This document shows positions 39,050-56,446 of a DNA stretch of 64,000 nt, piece by piece; the stretch's first letter is position 1, and every line of letters begins with the position of its first letter. The translations under genes were made by a program, and so were the position numbers. Source of the DNA: the human T2T-CHM13v2.0 reference genome, Homo sapiens; assembly GCF_009914755.1 (NCBI RefSeq), contig NC_060929.1; one strand, written 5' to 3'. The notes beneath the pieces are model-generated. The model was given only the letters and a program-made list of their open reading frames with translations, had not been told where the DNA came from and did no database searches.

Positions 39050-40160
39050 TATTTCGAGTCATCTTGTAGGCTCTAAACTGGGGTGCTAGTAATTGAAATT
39101 GGAAGAGAGAAGTTTAAAGAAATACTTAGAAAAAGGATAGAAGTTAGAGATCAATTAGAGGTGAAGAGCGTGAGTGCAGAGGGTGTTGAGATTGACCTCA
39201 GGTTGCTGAAGTAGGTAAGTGTGGATAGAGTGACACATTTGGGAGAAGGAGGACATGCCTGGTCCTTATTATTCGGAGTTTGAATAATTGTTGAGGATTT
39301 AGGATCCCAATAAATAGAATCTCTCTTCCTTACTTGAGCTTGGAATCCATTGAGAAATAAATGGAGGTGTCAGTCAGTTGGAAATGTGTGAGATATTATT
39401 GATAAGAGCTCTACAGGAAGACGGGGCTTAGAAGTAGATTCAGGTGTGCTCATCAATATCTCCCCTTGCTGTGCATGGCCCAGAGAGTAGTCGAGAACCC
39501 AGAATCTCTGCAGACATAGGAGCTCCAAGGAGGACTCAGCAGAGCTGGAGCCCCATGTGGTCTATTGTTTCTGCGCAAGCTCACCAATCACAGCAAGTGT
39601 GAGAAGGCAGAGAGAAGTGAGGATGGGTGCTGGACAAGGAGGCTCATCACCTGAAGCCAGGCAAGCATAAGCTCTTGCCGCCAAGAGCCCCTTCAAGCCT
39701 GAAGCACAGAGTCCAGCAGGAAGTTCCAAGAATGCCTCTGATATTTCAGGGAGAGCCCACGGCACGGAATGTGTGTGTGTGTGTGCGTATGCACTTCTGG
39801 GCGTGTGTGTGTGTGCATGTGTGTGTTGTCACTTTACAAGAAAAGAAACCTCAGGAGGGCCTGGGCTCCCCTGGTAGAGATTTTCCTTAGGGAACAGCCG
39901 TGATGTGTAGTGGCTCGAGGATGGAGCCCTTAGGATCACCACCGTCTACCGAGAGAGATCAGAGGAAGAGAATTCTTTAATGAGACAAAACAGACAGCGA
40001 AGTCCATGGAGAACCAGGAGAGAAGAGTGTCCCCAAAGTCAGCAAGGGTGAGTGATAAGAAAATGCAATAAACATCATATTCCGAAGAGCAATTCATTAA
40101 GATAAGGCATGAAAAAAGGCCATAAGTCACGGCAACGTGGGCATCAGAGACGACATCCAG
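39050..40160 (-). mobile_element. Fragmented L2
   Basis: Purine-rich antisense L2-like segments (ATGGAGGTGTCAGTCAGTTGGAAATGTG; GGAGAACCAGGAGAGAAGAGTGTCCC...AAGATAAGGCATGAAAA), with a TG tract at about 39770-39825. Confidence 0.5.
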
Positions 40161-40460
40161 AGAAACAGCAAAGCAGGATTCTCATCATTTATCCGGCAAA
40201 TGAACAAGGAGGGCTAAGTGCAGGCCTCTGAATAGAAGAGGGGCATTTTCTATTAGGATCTGAAATGGAAATGGCTCCCCAGCGCCAAGCCACGTGGTGC
40301 TGGGTGTTGCCCGTTGATGTCTGTCACAGCTCAGAGAGGTGGCTGAGTTTAACCAGCTCACATCCCAAATTTTGTTTGCCAGCGGTTTTCGATCTGTGCT
40401 CTTGACAACCTGGGGGATCCAGGGATTCCTCAAGGCCAGCAAAAAGGGTTTTGTGGCCCC

Positions 40461-40463
<3 letters not shown>

Positions 40464-40497
<34 letters not shown>
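40464..40497. repeat. (AC)17 microsatellite
   Basis: Perfect dinucleotide run. Confidence 0.97.
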
Positions 40498-40500
<3 letters not shown>

Positions 40501-41337
40501 TCTTCCATGCCACGTACTTTCCTTGAAAGGACAGACACATTCTTGAAACTGCCTGCTGGACATTGCGCTTCAGGCTCCAAGGGGCCCGATGGCCTGAGAA
40601 GCTTATCCTTGCCTTTGAAACTCTGCTCCCCTTCATCTGGAGCATTTCTGTAGGTAGTGGCTCTAGCTTTCCTTTGCGAAGTGGACGTTCCACTTGAACA
40701 AGGGACCTAAGTTGTTTATCAAAATGGTATCTGGTAAAGTAGACTCTGAATACATTAGGATTTGCTTTACCTTTTTGTCTCCTGTTGGTTTTCAGATTTA
40801 ATATTTAATCTTAATTATATTTAATTTAATAATAATACGATATACAATTGAAAGATTAGTATTGTAATTCTGAAGAAATTCAGATCAAAAGTAACTCATA
40901 ATTATTATTTTACATTGAGCCGTGCAGGTACATGCTGTGTGCATTTGTAGGAAAGATCAGATAATAATTGCAATTTTGTTTGTTGGTTTGTTTAAGGCTA
41001 CATTTAATGTGATCCTAGAGTGTCAACCCTAACAAAGTGAGAACATACCTAAGATATGGGTGCTATTCCTAGCTGTTACTTTTTTTCAGATTTTATTATT
41101 TATTATTTGTTTTTGTTATTTATTTATTTATTTATTATACTTTAAGTTCTAGGGTACATGTGCACAACATGCAGATTTGTTACATAGGTATACATGTGCC
41201 ATGTTGGTGTGCTGCACCCATCAACTCATCGTTTACATTAGGTATTTCTCCTAATGCTATCTCTCCCCCAGTCCCCCAACCCCCAAGAGGCCCTGAAGTG
41301 TGATGTTCCCTGCCCTGTGTCCAAGTGTTCTCATTGT

Positions 41338-45157
<3,820 letters not shown>

Positions 45158-45211
45158 TGTGATGTTAGCTGGTTATTTTGTCCAGCAGTTTCTTCATAGT
45201 ATTGATGGTCT

Positions 45212-46235
45212 TCACAATTTGACATGTTTTTGCAGTGGCTGGTACTGGTTGTTCCTTTCCATGTTTAGTGCTTCCTTCAGGAGCTCTTGTAAGGCAGGCT
45301 TGGTGGTGACAAAATCTCTCAGCATTTGCTTCTCTGTAAAGGATTTTATTTCTCATTCACTTATGAAGCTTAATTTGGCTGGATACGAAATTCTGGGTTG
45401 AAAATTCTTTTCTTTAAGAATGTTGAATATTGGCCCCCATTCTCTTCTGGCTTGTAGGGTTTCTGCCAAGAGGTTTGCTGTTAGTCTGATGGGCTTCCCT
45501 TTGTGGGTAACCCGATCTTTCTCTCTGGCTGCTCTTAATATTTTTTCTTTCATGTCAACCTTGATGAATCTGACAATTATATGTCTTGGGGTTGCTCTTC
45601 TTGAGGAGTATCTTCGTGGTGTTCTCTGTATTCCTGAATATGAATATTGGCCTGCCTTGCTGGGTTGGGGAAGTTTTCCTGGATAATATCCTGAAGAGTG
45701 CTTTCCAACTTGGTTCCATTCTCCCCATCACTTTCGTGTACACCAGTCAAATGTAGATTTGTTTCACATAGTCCCATACTTCTTGAAGGTGTTGTTTATT
45801 TCTTTTTACTCTTTTTTTTCCTCTAAACTTGTCTCCTCACTTTATTTCATTAATCTGATCTTCAGTCACTGATATCCTTTCTTCCACTTGATCGAATCAG
45901 CTATTGAAGCTTGTGCCTGAGTCACGAAGTTCTCATGCCATGGTTTTCAGCTCCATCAGGTCATTTAAAGACTTCTCTACACTGTTCATTCTAGTTAGCC
46001 ATTCGTCTAACCTTTTTTCAAGGTTTTTAGCTTTCTTGTGACGGGTTAGAACATGCTCCTTTAGCTCAGAGAAGTTTGTTATTACCGACCTTCTGAAGCC
46101 ATCTTCTGTCAACTTGTCAAAGTCGTTCTCCATCCAGCTTTGTTCCGTTGCTGGTGAGGATCTGTGATCCTTTGGAGGAGAAGAGCTGCTCTGGTTTTTA
46201 GGATTTCCACCTTTTGTGCTCTGGTTTCTCCCCAT
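45212..46235 (-). pseudogene. Disrupted L1 ORF1 (RNA-binding chaperone)
   Basis: 'MGRNQS...SSPATEQSWMENDFD', 'KEKILRAAREK...QPRISYPAKLSF' and '...QKHVKL*' are spread over several frames. Confidence 0.92.
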
Positions 46236-46816
46236 CTTTGTGGTTTTTTCTACCTTTGGTCTTTGATGTTGGTGACCTACAGATGGGGCTTTCGTGTGGA
46301 TGTCCTTTTTGTTTATTTTGATGCTATTCCTTTCTGTTTGTTAGTTTTCCTTCTAACCATCAGGTTCCTCAGCTGCAGGTCTGTTGGAGTTTGCTGGAGG
46401 TCCACTCCAGACCCTGTTTGCCTGGGTATCACCAGTGGAGGCTGCAGAACAGCAAATATTGCTGCCTGATCCTTCCTCTGGAAGCTTCATCCCAGAGGGG
46501 CACCTGCCTGTATGAGGTGTCAGTCAGCCCCTACTGGGAGGTGTCTCCCAGTTAGGCTACACAGAGTCAGGGACCCACTTGAGGTGGCAGTCTGTCTGTT
46601 CTCAGAGCTCAAACACCGTGCTGGGGGAACCACTGCTCTCTTCAGAGCTGTCAGACAGGAACGTTCAAGTCTGAAGAAGTTTCTGCTGCCTTTTGTCCAG
46701 CTATGCCATGCCCACAGAGGTGGAGTCTACAGAGGCAGTAGGCCTTGCTGAGCTGCAGTGGGATCCACCCAGTTTGAGCTTCCTGGCCACTTTGTTTACC
46801 TACTCAAGCCTCATTA

Positions 46817-46984
46817 ATGGCGGATGCCCCTCCCCCTACCAGGCTGCAGCCTTGCAGGTCGATCTCAGACTGCTGTGCTAGCAGTGAGAAAGACTCCATG
46901 GGCATGGGACCTGCCAAACCAGGCACGGGAGAGAACCTCCTGGTCAACTGGTTGCTACTACCATGGGAAAAGCACAGTGTTTGA
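46817..46984 (+). other. L1 ORF0 homologue (antisense 5'UTR ORF), 55 codons
   Basis: MADAPPPTRLQPCRSISDCCASSEKDSMGMGPAKPG... aligns by eye to L1HS ORF0 MAGAPPPASLPPCSLISDCCASNQRDSVGVGPSEPG. Confidence 0.7.
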
Positions 46985-48537
46985 GCAGGAGTGTCCCATT
47001 TTTCCAGGTACACTCTGTCATGGCTTCCCTTGGCTAGGAAAGGGAAATCCCCTGACCCCTGGTGAGGCGACACCCCACCCTGTTTCGGCTCACCCTCCAT
47101 GGGCTGCACCCACGTCAACCAGTCCCAATGACATGAACCAGGTACCTCAGTTGGAAAGGGAGAAATCACCCATCTTCTGCATCAATCATGCTGGGAGCTG
47201 CAGACCAGAGCTGTTCCTATTTGGCCATCTTGGAACGGAATCCAATAATTGCAATTTTAAAAATTGTATCCAAATGACTTGTATTTCCACTACTAAGCAT
47301 AGAATTGAAATTATATGGATATAACTCAAATTCTCTGTGAAGGATTATTTTATCAACTGTTTGTATATCCCTATGATTTTATGTTTAGTTGTGTATTTAG
47401 TTGTTTGGCCTATAAAACATTTTATGAATGTTACAAAGATATTTTCTTACATGAAATATGGGATTCTGAGAAAGGTATTTTATTGGAATTATACTTGGGA
47501 TGTAAGTAAATCACCATTCACCTTTGTCTTATTGTGCTGTGTGGCACAAGAGGAAAGAGGGGAGAGGGAAAAACCACAAAGGACTTTTCAGGGAGGTGCT
47601 GGGAGTCACGAGAACTCATCTAAAGGAAGGAAACGGGATGCACAGGGAGTAAGCTAGGGTTGGATTCTCCAAAAAAAGAAGTTTTCGTTTTCAACTCCAT
47701 TGATAAAAAAACAAGGTAAGTGAGTCCTAGCCCTACTTTACTTCAAAGAACATCTTATGAAGTTTAGGAGAGGTCTCCTAGGTGTCCTTGTTTTTGGTTT
47801 GTTTTAATTTTGACCCCATCTCTTTCCTAATATTTACTGGCATCAAATGCTTAGGAAACTCAAGCAGCCTCTTATTGATTCCAGGGACCCAAGAGGATGA
47901 TTTAGAAACTTCATAGATTATCATTTTCTTCACTGGAGAAAAATTGCACAGAAGAAGCGGGTGGGAGTCATGGGGGGCCACAGAGAAAAAGCCCAAAGTT
48001 TCCAAAGAAGAAGGGAGTCAGAGGGACGGGTCCAACCTGAGACACCTGGGAGCCCACACTGGGGACGCTGGCAGATGAGCCTCAGGTGCACCCCATTTCT
48101 CCAGTGCTCTCTTGAGTCCCAGGCTCTAAAGGGCCCAAGCAATAGTGAAGGAGCTCTGGGGTAGAAGGATGGCTGTGGCTGCCATTGCTTCCTGGTGACT
48201 CTTGGAAGACTCAGTCATGATAGCAAAAGAATTTGCTCTTTAACAGTTCCTAGCATCTTTCCAACACATTTCCCATTACGTGTTGACTCTTTTCCAGTAT
48301 TTCAAGATCAAATGGTGAAAAGCAGTAAGGGAAGTGACAAGTCCTTAACACCAGACTGTGATTAAGTTGTGGACTCAATTATTTATACATTTCAACAAAT
48401 ATTTAAAGAATATTGGCTAGCTGGACATTAACTCCCACTCTACAGAAAAGAGTATTGGTCTTATCACTGCTTTGTATGTATATTCCTGTAATGAGTTCAA
48501 ATATTCCAATGATAAGGTTTGAATCTCTGTCCCCATC

Positions 48538-48606
48538 TGTATTAGTTAGGGTTCTCTAGAGGGACAGAACTAACAGGATAGATAGGTAGGTAGGTAGGTA
48601 GGTAGG

Positions 48607-48682
<76 letters not shown>

Positions 48683-49074
48683 TAGATAGATTAGATAGAT
48701 AGATAGATAGATAGGGGAGTTTATTAAGTATTAACTCACAGCATCAGAAGGTCCCACAATAGGCCGTTTGCAAGCCAGGGAGCAAGGAGAGCCAGTTCGA
48801 GTTCCAAAACTGAAGAACTTGGAGTCCAATGTTCGAGGGCAGGAAGCATCCAGCATGGGAGAAAGATGTAGGCTGGGAGCCTAGGTCAGTCTAGCCTTTT
48901 CACATTTTTCTGCCTGATTAGATGGTCCCCACCCAGATTAAGGGTGGGTCTGCCTTTCCCAGCCCACTAACTCAAATGTTAATCTCCTTTGGCAACACCC
49001 TCACAGACACACCCAAGATTGATACTTTGCATCCTTCAATCCAACCAAGTTGACACTCAGTATTAACCATCACG
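48538..49074 (-). mobile_element. MLT2A1/2 (HERV-L) solo LTR
   Basis: TGTATTAGTTAGGGTTCTCTAGAGGGACAGAAC start, AAGTTGACACTCAGTATTAACCATCAC end, and 5-bp TSD CCATC/CCACC. Confidence 0.92.
48577..48713. repeat. Compound tetranucleotide STR [GATA]2[GGTA]6[GATA]12[GACA]6[GATA]2GATTA[GATA]5
   Basis: Counted directly from the sequence. Confidence 0.95.
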
Positions 49075-49489
49075 CCACCCAAAACTCATGTTCAATTGTA
49101 ATTCCCAGTGATGGAGTTGGGGCCTGGAGGGAGGTCACTGGATAATGGGGTGGATCCTTCGTGGTTAACACCATCCCTTTGGTGCTGTTCTTGTGATAGA
49201 GTTCTCATGAGATCTGGTTGTTTAAAGATGTGTGGCACCGCCCCCACACCCCTTATCCCTGCTCCCACCATGTGAAGCAATGGCTACCGCTTTGCCTTTC
49301 ACCATGATTGTAAGTTTCCTGAGGCTTCCCCAGAAGCTGAGCAGAAGCTGCTATGCTTGCTGTACAGACTACATAACTGGGAGCCAATTAAATTTTTCCT
49401 TGTAAATTACCCAGTATCAGACATTTCTTTATCGCAGTGCAAAAGTGGACTAATACACCCATCCTTTCAAAATCAATGAAAGCATCACT

Positions 49490-49640
49490 GATTGAGAGTT
49501 GTGTGCCTGACACTTCATATTCCTACAGCTGCTCTTTGAGGTAGGTATTACTGTTCTCATTTTAATGTTGAGAAAGCTAAGAGTCCAAGATGTGAGTGAC
49601 TTGCTCATGATTACTCAGCTAGCATGTGGCAGAGATAGAG
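49490..49640 (-). mobile_element. MIR
   Basis: CTTTGAGGTAGGTATTACTGTTCTCATTTTAATGTTGAGAAAGCTAAG...GTGACTTGCTCATGATTACTCAGCTAG. Confidence 0.65.
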
Positions 49641-50511
49641 ATGGGTAGAAAGCAGATTTTGGGTTAACTAATGGCTGTATAGGCCAAGAGGCAAGAATAG
49701 AGAATAGGTGAAATACAATTTGCTAATTAATATGAAGACATAATCATGTTTTTCTTTAATAGAATCATCAACTTGCAAAGTGGAGTCAATTTCTTCTGCT
49801 CTCTTTGCTTTGTCTGCAATTCCTGGGCATACAGAATAACCTGTACATGTTTCTCATCCAGTCGTTATCGACTCAAGTGAATGTGATGGTTTCCAAGTGT
49901 TTCCCATAGCCTGCCACCTTTTTGAACCCACAGGGGCGAATGAGGAGCGTCTTTACAATGTCAGCAATTGAAACTGATATGAATGAAGACAAGAATGATG
50001 ACTGCATAACTCTTCGGAATGCAATTTCAAAACTGGACATGAGTCCAGGGAAGTGGAACAAAAACCTGACCGTCCCAGTGCCTGCATGTGGGAATCTCAG
50101 TGCCAAGCACTTCATTATGCAAAGTAGGTTCTTCCCAAGTGCTCTGTCTGATAAGGATAACAGGGGTGGATTTTGCCAAATTAAATCTGTCCCAAGTAAC
50201 AGAAACTCTTCTTGCTGCTGAGTTGAGAAGTGCTAAAGAGAACAATAAAATCCCATACCCGACTCCAGAGGGACTTAAAGAGCACACAGTCTTCCCAATG
50301 GCAATAAAGCTTCATGTCTGGGCTAACCTCCCTTGACTCGGTGGGATTGCACAGATCCCCTGATTCATGTCAAACACGAATCCTAACCTGGCACTCTGAT
50401 CCTCAGCATGTACAAGATGGAAGAGGTGATTCTTTCAGCTGTTTAGAAACCAAATTACAGAATCTACACAGTAGAGTTTTCTAATTTCTAATTAAACAAG
50501 AAGTCAGAATG

Positions 50512-50514
<3 letters not shown>

Positions 50515-50544
<30 letters not shown>
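50515..50544. repeat. Poly-T tract (about 30 nt)
   Basis: Homopolymer not attached to a recognisable SINE body. Confidence 0.9.
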
Positions 50545-50546
<2 letters not shown>

Positions 50547-50689
50547 CTTTTAGCTACCTTAACTCTTCTTGTAATAGGAGACAGAGTGATTCATGGACTT
50601 CCGTTTTGATGATCAGTTGAACTCATTAGGGATTTTTAAAAACAGATTTCTGAGTCTTAGCCCCAGGGATTCTAACTGTCAGTTAGAAT

Positions 50690-50907
50690 GGGCCCCCAAA
50701 TGTGATTTTGAGGTCTTTTCTAGTTCTAACAAAACTAGAAAAGTTTAGGTGCGGCCCTGAAATGTAATTTTTAGGTGGGGCCCCCAAATGTGATTTTGAG
50801 GTCTTTTCCAGTTCTAACAAAACTAGAAAAGTTTAGGTGGGCCCCTGAAATGTAATTTTTAGGTGGGGCCCCCAAATGTGATTTTGAGGTCTTTTCCAGT
50901 TCTAACA
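50690..50907. repeat. 88-bp tandem repeat, about 2.5 copies
   Basis: CCCCCAAATGTGATTTTGAGGTCTTTTC recurs at 50693, 50781 and 50869. Confidence 0.95.
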
Positions 50908-52241
50908 TCCATTGTTTCTTCTTTATTATAAATGTTCATTTATTTCCATTCTTCTCCTCAATGTAGATTTCACCAGACCCACTCTTCCAAAACAATCAAC
51001 TCAGTTCGATGATACTCCTCTCAGCTGAAGCCATCATAATTCAGTTGCCCTTGGTTTTGTAGACCTATTTTCCAACCTTCAATTATTTCTGCTACTCTTA
51101 TTTGAGTATTCTCAAGTTTCCATCTTGTTACAAACATGATCATCCATGGTAATGATTATTTTAGAAGCTACATTTGCCATTGTCAGTCTGATAGTTCTTA
51201 GATGTATAGAAGCTTTCTTTCCAAATTATCTCAGTTAAATTAAATCATCCCTGGGGAAATAAAAACAAACTATTTTTCCACTGACTCAATACTGTCTACT
51301 TGACGGTACCTTTATTCCTACCACCATCTTTCAAGAAGCTGGTCTCCTCCACCCGAGCTCCCCTGTGAGAAAGGGCTTCATTAGAATATTGCACTGTCTG
51401 TGGGGTGGTTTATAAGTTGGAAGAAATGTGATTTAGTGCATTTGGAAGTATATTGTGTGTCCCCATGATACTTATATATCTGTTATAAATAATTTCTTTT
51501 ACTTTTCTTTTCAGAAAATGATTAGTTCATCCCAAATGAGTATGAATGTCCCAGGTCTATTGTTTCAGAACTGGAGCTGCAATCCATAGCCCTGTGAAGG
51601 TGGTTATTAACTGATTTTGGAAATGCAATCACAGACCACAGATTATTTCAGTTAAACCATGCCTATTCCACATGTCGCATTCCATTTTGTTAGTGAACCG
51701 GGTCTCTTGTTGGTGCCGCCTACTGTTAAGTTTATTGATGAGAACTTAAGCATTTGGTCTCTGAGGAAATACACTGGGTCATATACGTGCACCTGGTTTC
51801 GGTTGGGAAAAAATTCATCTTCCAACCATGTCTTTGTGTCTGGAAATATTCAGCCACCACAAAACAAAAGGTAAAGTATACATCATCTCATCTCTAGGCA
51901 CTAACAAAATAGAAACAGAGAAGGTGTATGATCTAAACAGAACCAGAGAATGGTTCAGCTCTCATGTGCAGAGCAGCATCCTATCACAAAACCTGGCCAC
52001 ATGCTGCTAAAATGGTGCAAAATGCAGGTTTCCCAATTTTCACATAAAAAAATAAAAATAAAAATCAATAAAGAAATGTTGGTGTGTGTTTGTGTGCATG
52101 CATTTTATCTAAGTTCAGGATATTCAGCTCATTCTATCCACTACCCCGTGGCTGTGTTTCCATGGTTCCTAAATAAATGTAACTGACTACTCAATGGCTC
52201 ACTCTTGGTTAAGATAATTTTCTTGACTTAAGAGTCTTTCT

Positions 52242-52550
<309 letters not shown>

Positions 52551-52563
52551 AAAAAAGATTCTT

Positions 52564-53205
<642 letters not shown>

Positions 53206-53751
53206 TCATGAAGTCCCTCCTGATACGTTCATTGATGAATACTCCCATGTCCAGTGAATGATGATTGAGACCCCTGCTTTGGAGGCCTGAGGCAGTTTCT
53301 GGGAACGGGAAACCATTCATGATGCAGTTCACAGAGCTTCAGCATCAGCCCCTAGGGTGGCCTTGCAATGCGTTTATGGACCATACGTTTTGATGAAATT
53401 TGCCAGTCTAAGAATCTCACTGCAATTGAGATCAGTTACATTCCATCTACCCCTTGCTCATCTTCCCCTCATGGCTGCTGGTATTGAACAGCTACGGACA
53501 AGTTAGGGATCTCAGAAAGTGGAGTTGCTTTAGAGATACATTTAGATTGTAATTAACCTGATACACTTAACGGATTTACAGTAACTTACTTGTATAATTA
53601 AGTTACTGTTACCTGTCCCTCCCATAAGACACACAGGAAGGGGCTGGACAGAGGTCCATCAGGTCCCAACACCTTCAGGAGTATGTCCTGAAGGTGTTGG
53701 CATGAGAGCCTGTGGGGCCGATGAGAAAAGTCTTAAAATACATGGCACTAT

Positions 53752-54053
<302 letters not shown>

Positions 54054-54084
<31 letters not shown>

Positions 54085-54147
54085 TACACACATACACATA
54101 CACACACACACATACATATATGTATATATACATACATATATATATAT
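54054..54147. repeat. Compound (TA)n(CA)n microsatellite
   Basis: Alternating purine-pyrimidine run after the Alu tail. Confidence 0.92.
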
Positions 54148-54426
54148 GGCACTAGAAACCAGTCTGTGGGAATGTCGTCCAATCCCCAGATGTATAAAAT
54201 TGTAAACAGATTTCCTCAGCAAAATGGATTCTCTCTCCTGTCAGAAACATATCTAGTAAGGCGGTACTAATATTTAGAAATATATTGATAGTTTTTTTCT
54301 TTGACTTTTGATGGAAATCTTATGAAATAGAATTTATCAGGATCCCTGTGTCTGTAAAGCACAAGCCCACGTCAGAAGTCAAATGCAAGAGCTCCTGCAT
54401 GTCTTATGCTTTTCCGTGTTCAATGA

Positions 54427-54658
54427 TAAAAACAAATAAATGTTACACAAGCAACTTAGAGTGAAGACTAAACTATTTTTTCTAGTTTTCTGTAGAAAAT
54501 ATATAAAAATAAATAAGTTTTAAACAAACAAGTTAGAGCAGAGACTAAACTATTTTTCTAGTTTTACCGTAGGAAATACATAAACATAAATAAATTTTAA
54601 ACAAGCAAGTTAAAGCAAAGACTAAACTATTTTTCTAGTTTTACTATAGAAAATATAC
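54427..54658. repeat. AT-rich 77-bp tandem repeat, about 3 copies
   Basis: GACTAAACTATTTTT(T)CTAGTTTT at 54466, 54543 and 54620. Confidence 0.9.
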
Positions 54659-56446
54659 TAGGAAATCACTGTTACTTAAAAAGACAATCAAAGAATATGC
54701 AACGGAAAATTGTAGGCAAATATAATAGTAGACATCTAGCAGTTTATTATTTCTGTGTGTGTGTTTCCACTTAAGTTATAATTTGATGTGATTTATTTTC
54801 TCATTCAAGACAAATATTTTTATTTGTACCATGTTAAGCTCATGAGACAGGCAGGCTGCCCATAGCTCCCCGCATAGGCACCAAGCCTTCAACACACGGC
54901 TCCATCTGGCTCTGCTGTCTCTTGCTCCCCAAGTTGCGAAAGGCGAGGCTCTGTTTGCCTACCCGAACTTTTTGTGGCCTCGACTCTTTTTGCTTGTTTT
55001 CAGGACCTCATTGCTCTGGGGCATAACAGAATACCTGCTTCTTCTCCAGTCCCCTAGTTGGGGTTTCTGCGCGTCATAAATGACCAGCTTATACTCTTCT
55101 TGGACTTTTATCCAATGCCTTGTCCTTGATCTCTGGCAAGACTCACTTATGCCTTCATCCTCGTTCACTCCCTGCACGCCAGTGACATCTCCCATATGCA
55201 AATTTGGCAAGCTCATCACCTCATATCACGGCCAAAGCTTCCCGAGGTATGAAGCCAGTCGTTCCCACATCCTTCCACTCCATCAGGTCTCTGTCCTCTC
55301 TTGCAACTCCAAGCATGGCTGGTCCTGCCATCGGCGTGTCCCTGGGTCCATCCCCAAGTGAAGTGTCCACGTGAGGTGTGGTTTGGAGACCCTAAAGACA
55401 GGGATGGGAAGTTTTCCTCAGCTGTTAGAATAGGCTGAATGAGTACATTTGTGCATGTGTGCCAAAAAGTGACTATATAATTTGCAAACTTAATACTAAG
55501 ACTTTCTTTTCTTGTATAATAATCTGGTAGCAAGGCTGTGGGGAGAGGAGGAGACATATTCCCCCACGGAACACCGAGTGCTAGAGACTTTGTTTATCCA
55601 GAGAACTGACAACTGCTGGGAGGAGAAATTCACTTAGGTCAGTTTTCACGCTGCTTTACACACTTGGCTGGTGCCTCTGGGATCATTCCCCAAACCTCGG
55701 TTGTTATTTTTCTGCATACTTAGTTCTGTTCTAGTCTCATATCTCCTTCCAGGCCACTTGGGTTCCCCAACTGGGATCCACTCTTCCCGGCTTTTCAATT
55801 TCCTGTCTCTGTAAATACAGTTCCTTGTAATTCTACAATGCAAGCCTTAATCATTACACCTGGCACAGCTAGAATCCAATCCCCATCACGGCGTATGAGA
55901 ACCACTCTTCCTTTCCAGGGATTCCCAATTCACATCAGCCTCATAAACCCGATACTCATCCGGACCCAAAAAGTAACAATTGTCTTGCATTGGGACATCT
56001 AGTCACTCAATTTGCATTCTCAAATATCAATTGCTAACTCATATCTGGGTTTTATGCTCCACAATTTCCCCAGGGCAAACCTCCAGGAACTTATGAACTG
56101 CTCTTTCTTACTGAAAGATACAGTGGCTGGAACTGCACAAAGCAAGAAGATACTTCTGTAACCAAGCATGATCCCAGTGAGCATTTAGATACACAGGAGA
56201 TGGAAAGATGTGAACCCTATTTTTCAATCATCAGATGGTGACATAGCAGTGCACAGAAGGTAGGTTGTGGAAGATTCATCAGCTCAGGGTTTCAGATGCA
56301 TGCTGAGAACAATGTGGTCTTGCTGTCTACACAGAATTGGATGAGATCAGAATCCATTTGGAAGGGGCATTCTCTTCACTGTGGAAGGGAAGGGTACACA
56401 CTTCTAATAGCTCTTGAATTATTTTCTGTTTTTCCCCATAGAACAT

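Larger units (their letters stand above)
48510..49457 (+). mobile_element. MSTB-like LTR, split by an MLT2A insertion
   Basis: TGATAAGGTTTGAATCTCTGTCCCC (48510-48537) continues at 49075 as CCACCCAAAACTCATGTT...GGACTAATACA. Confidence 0.88.
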
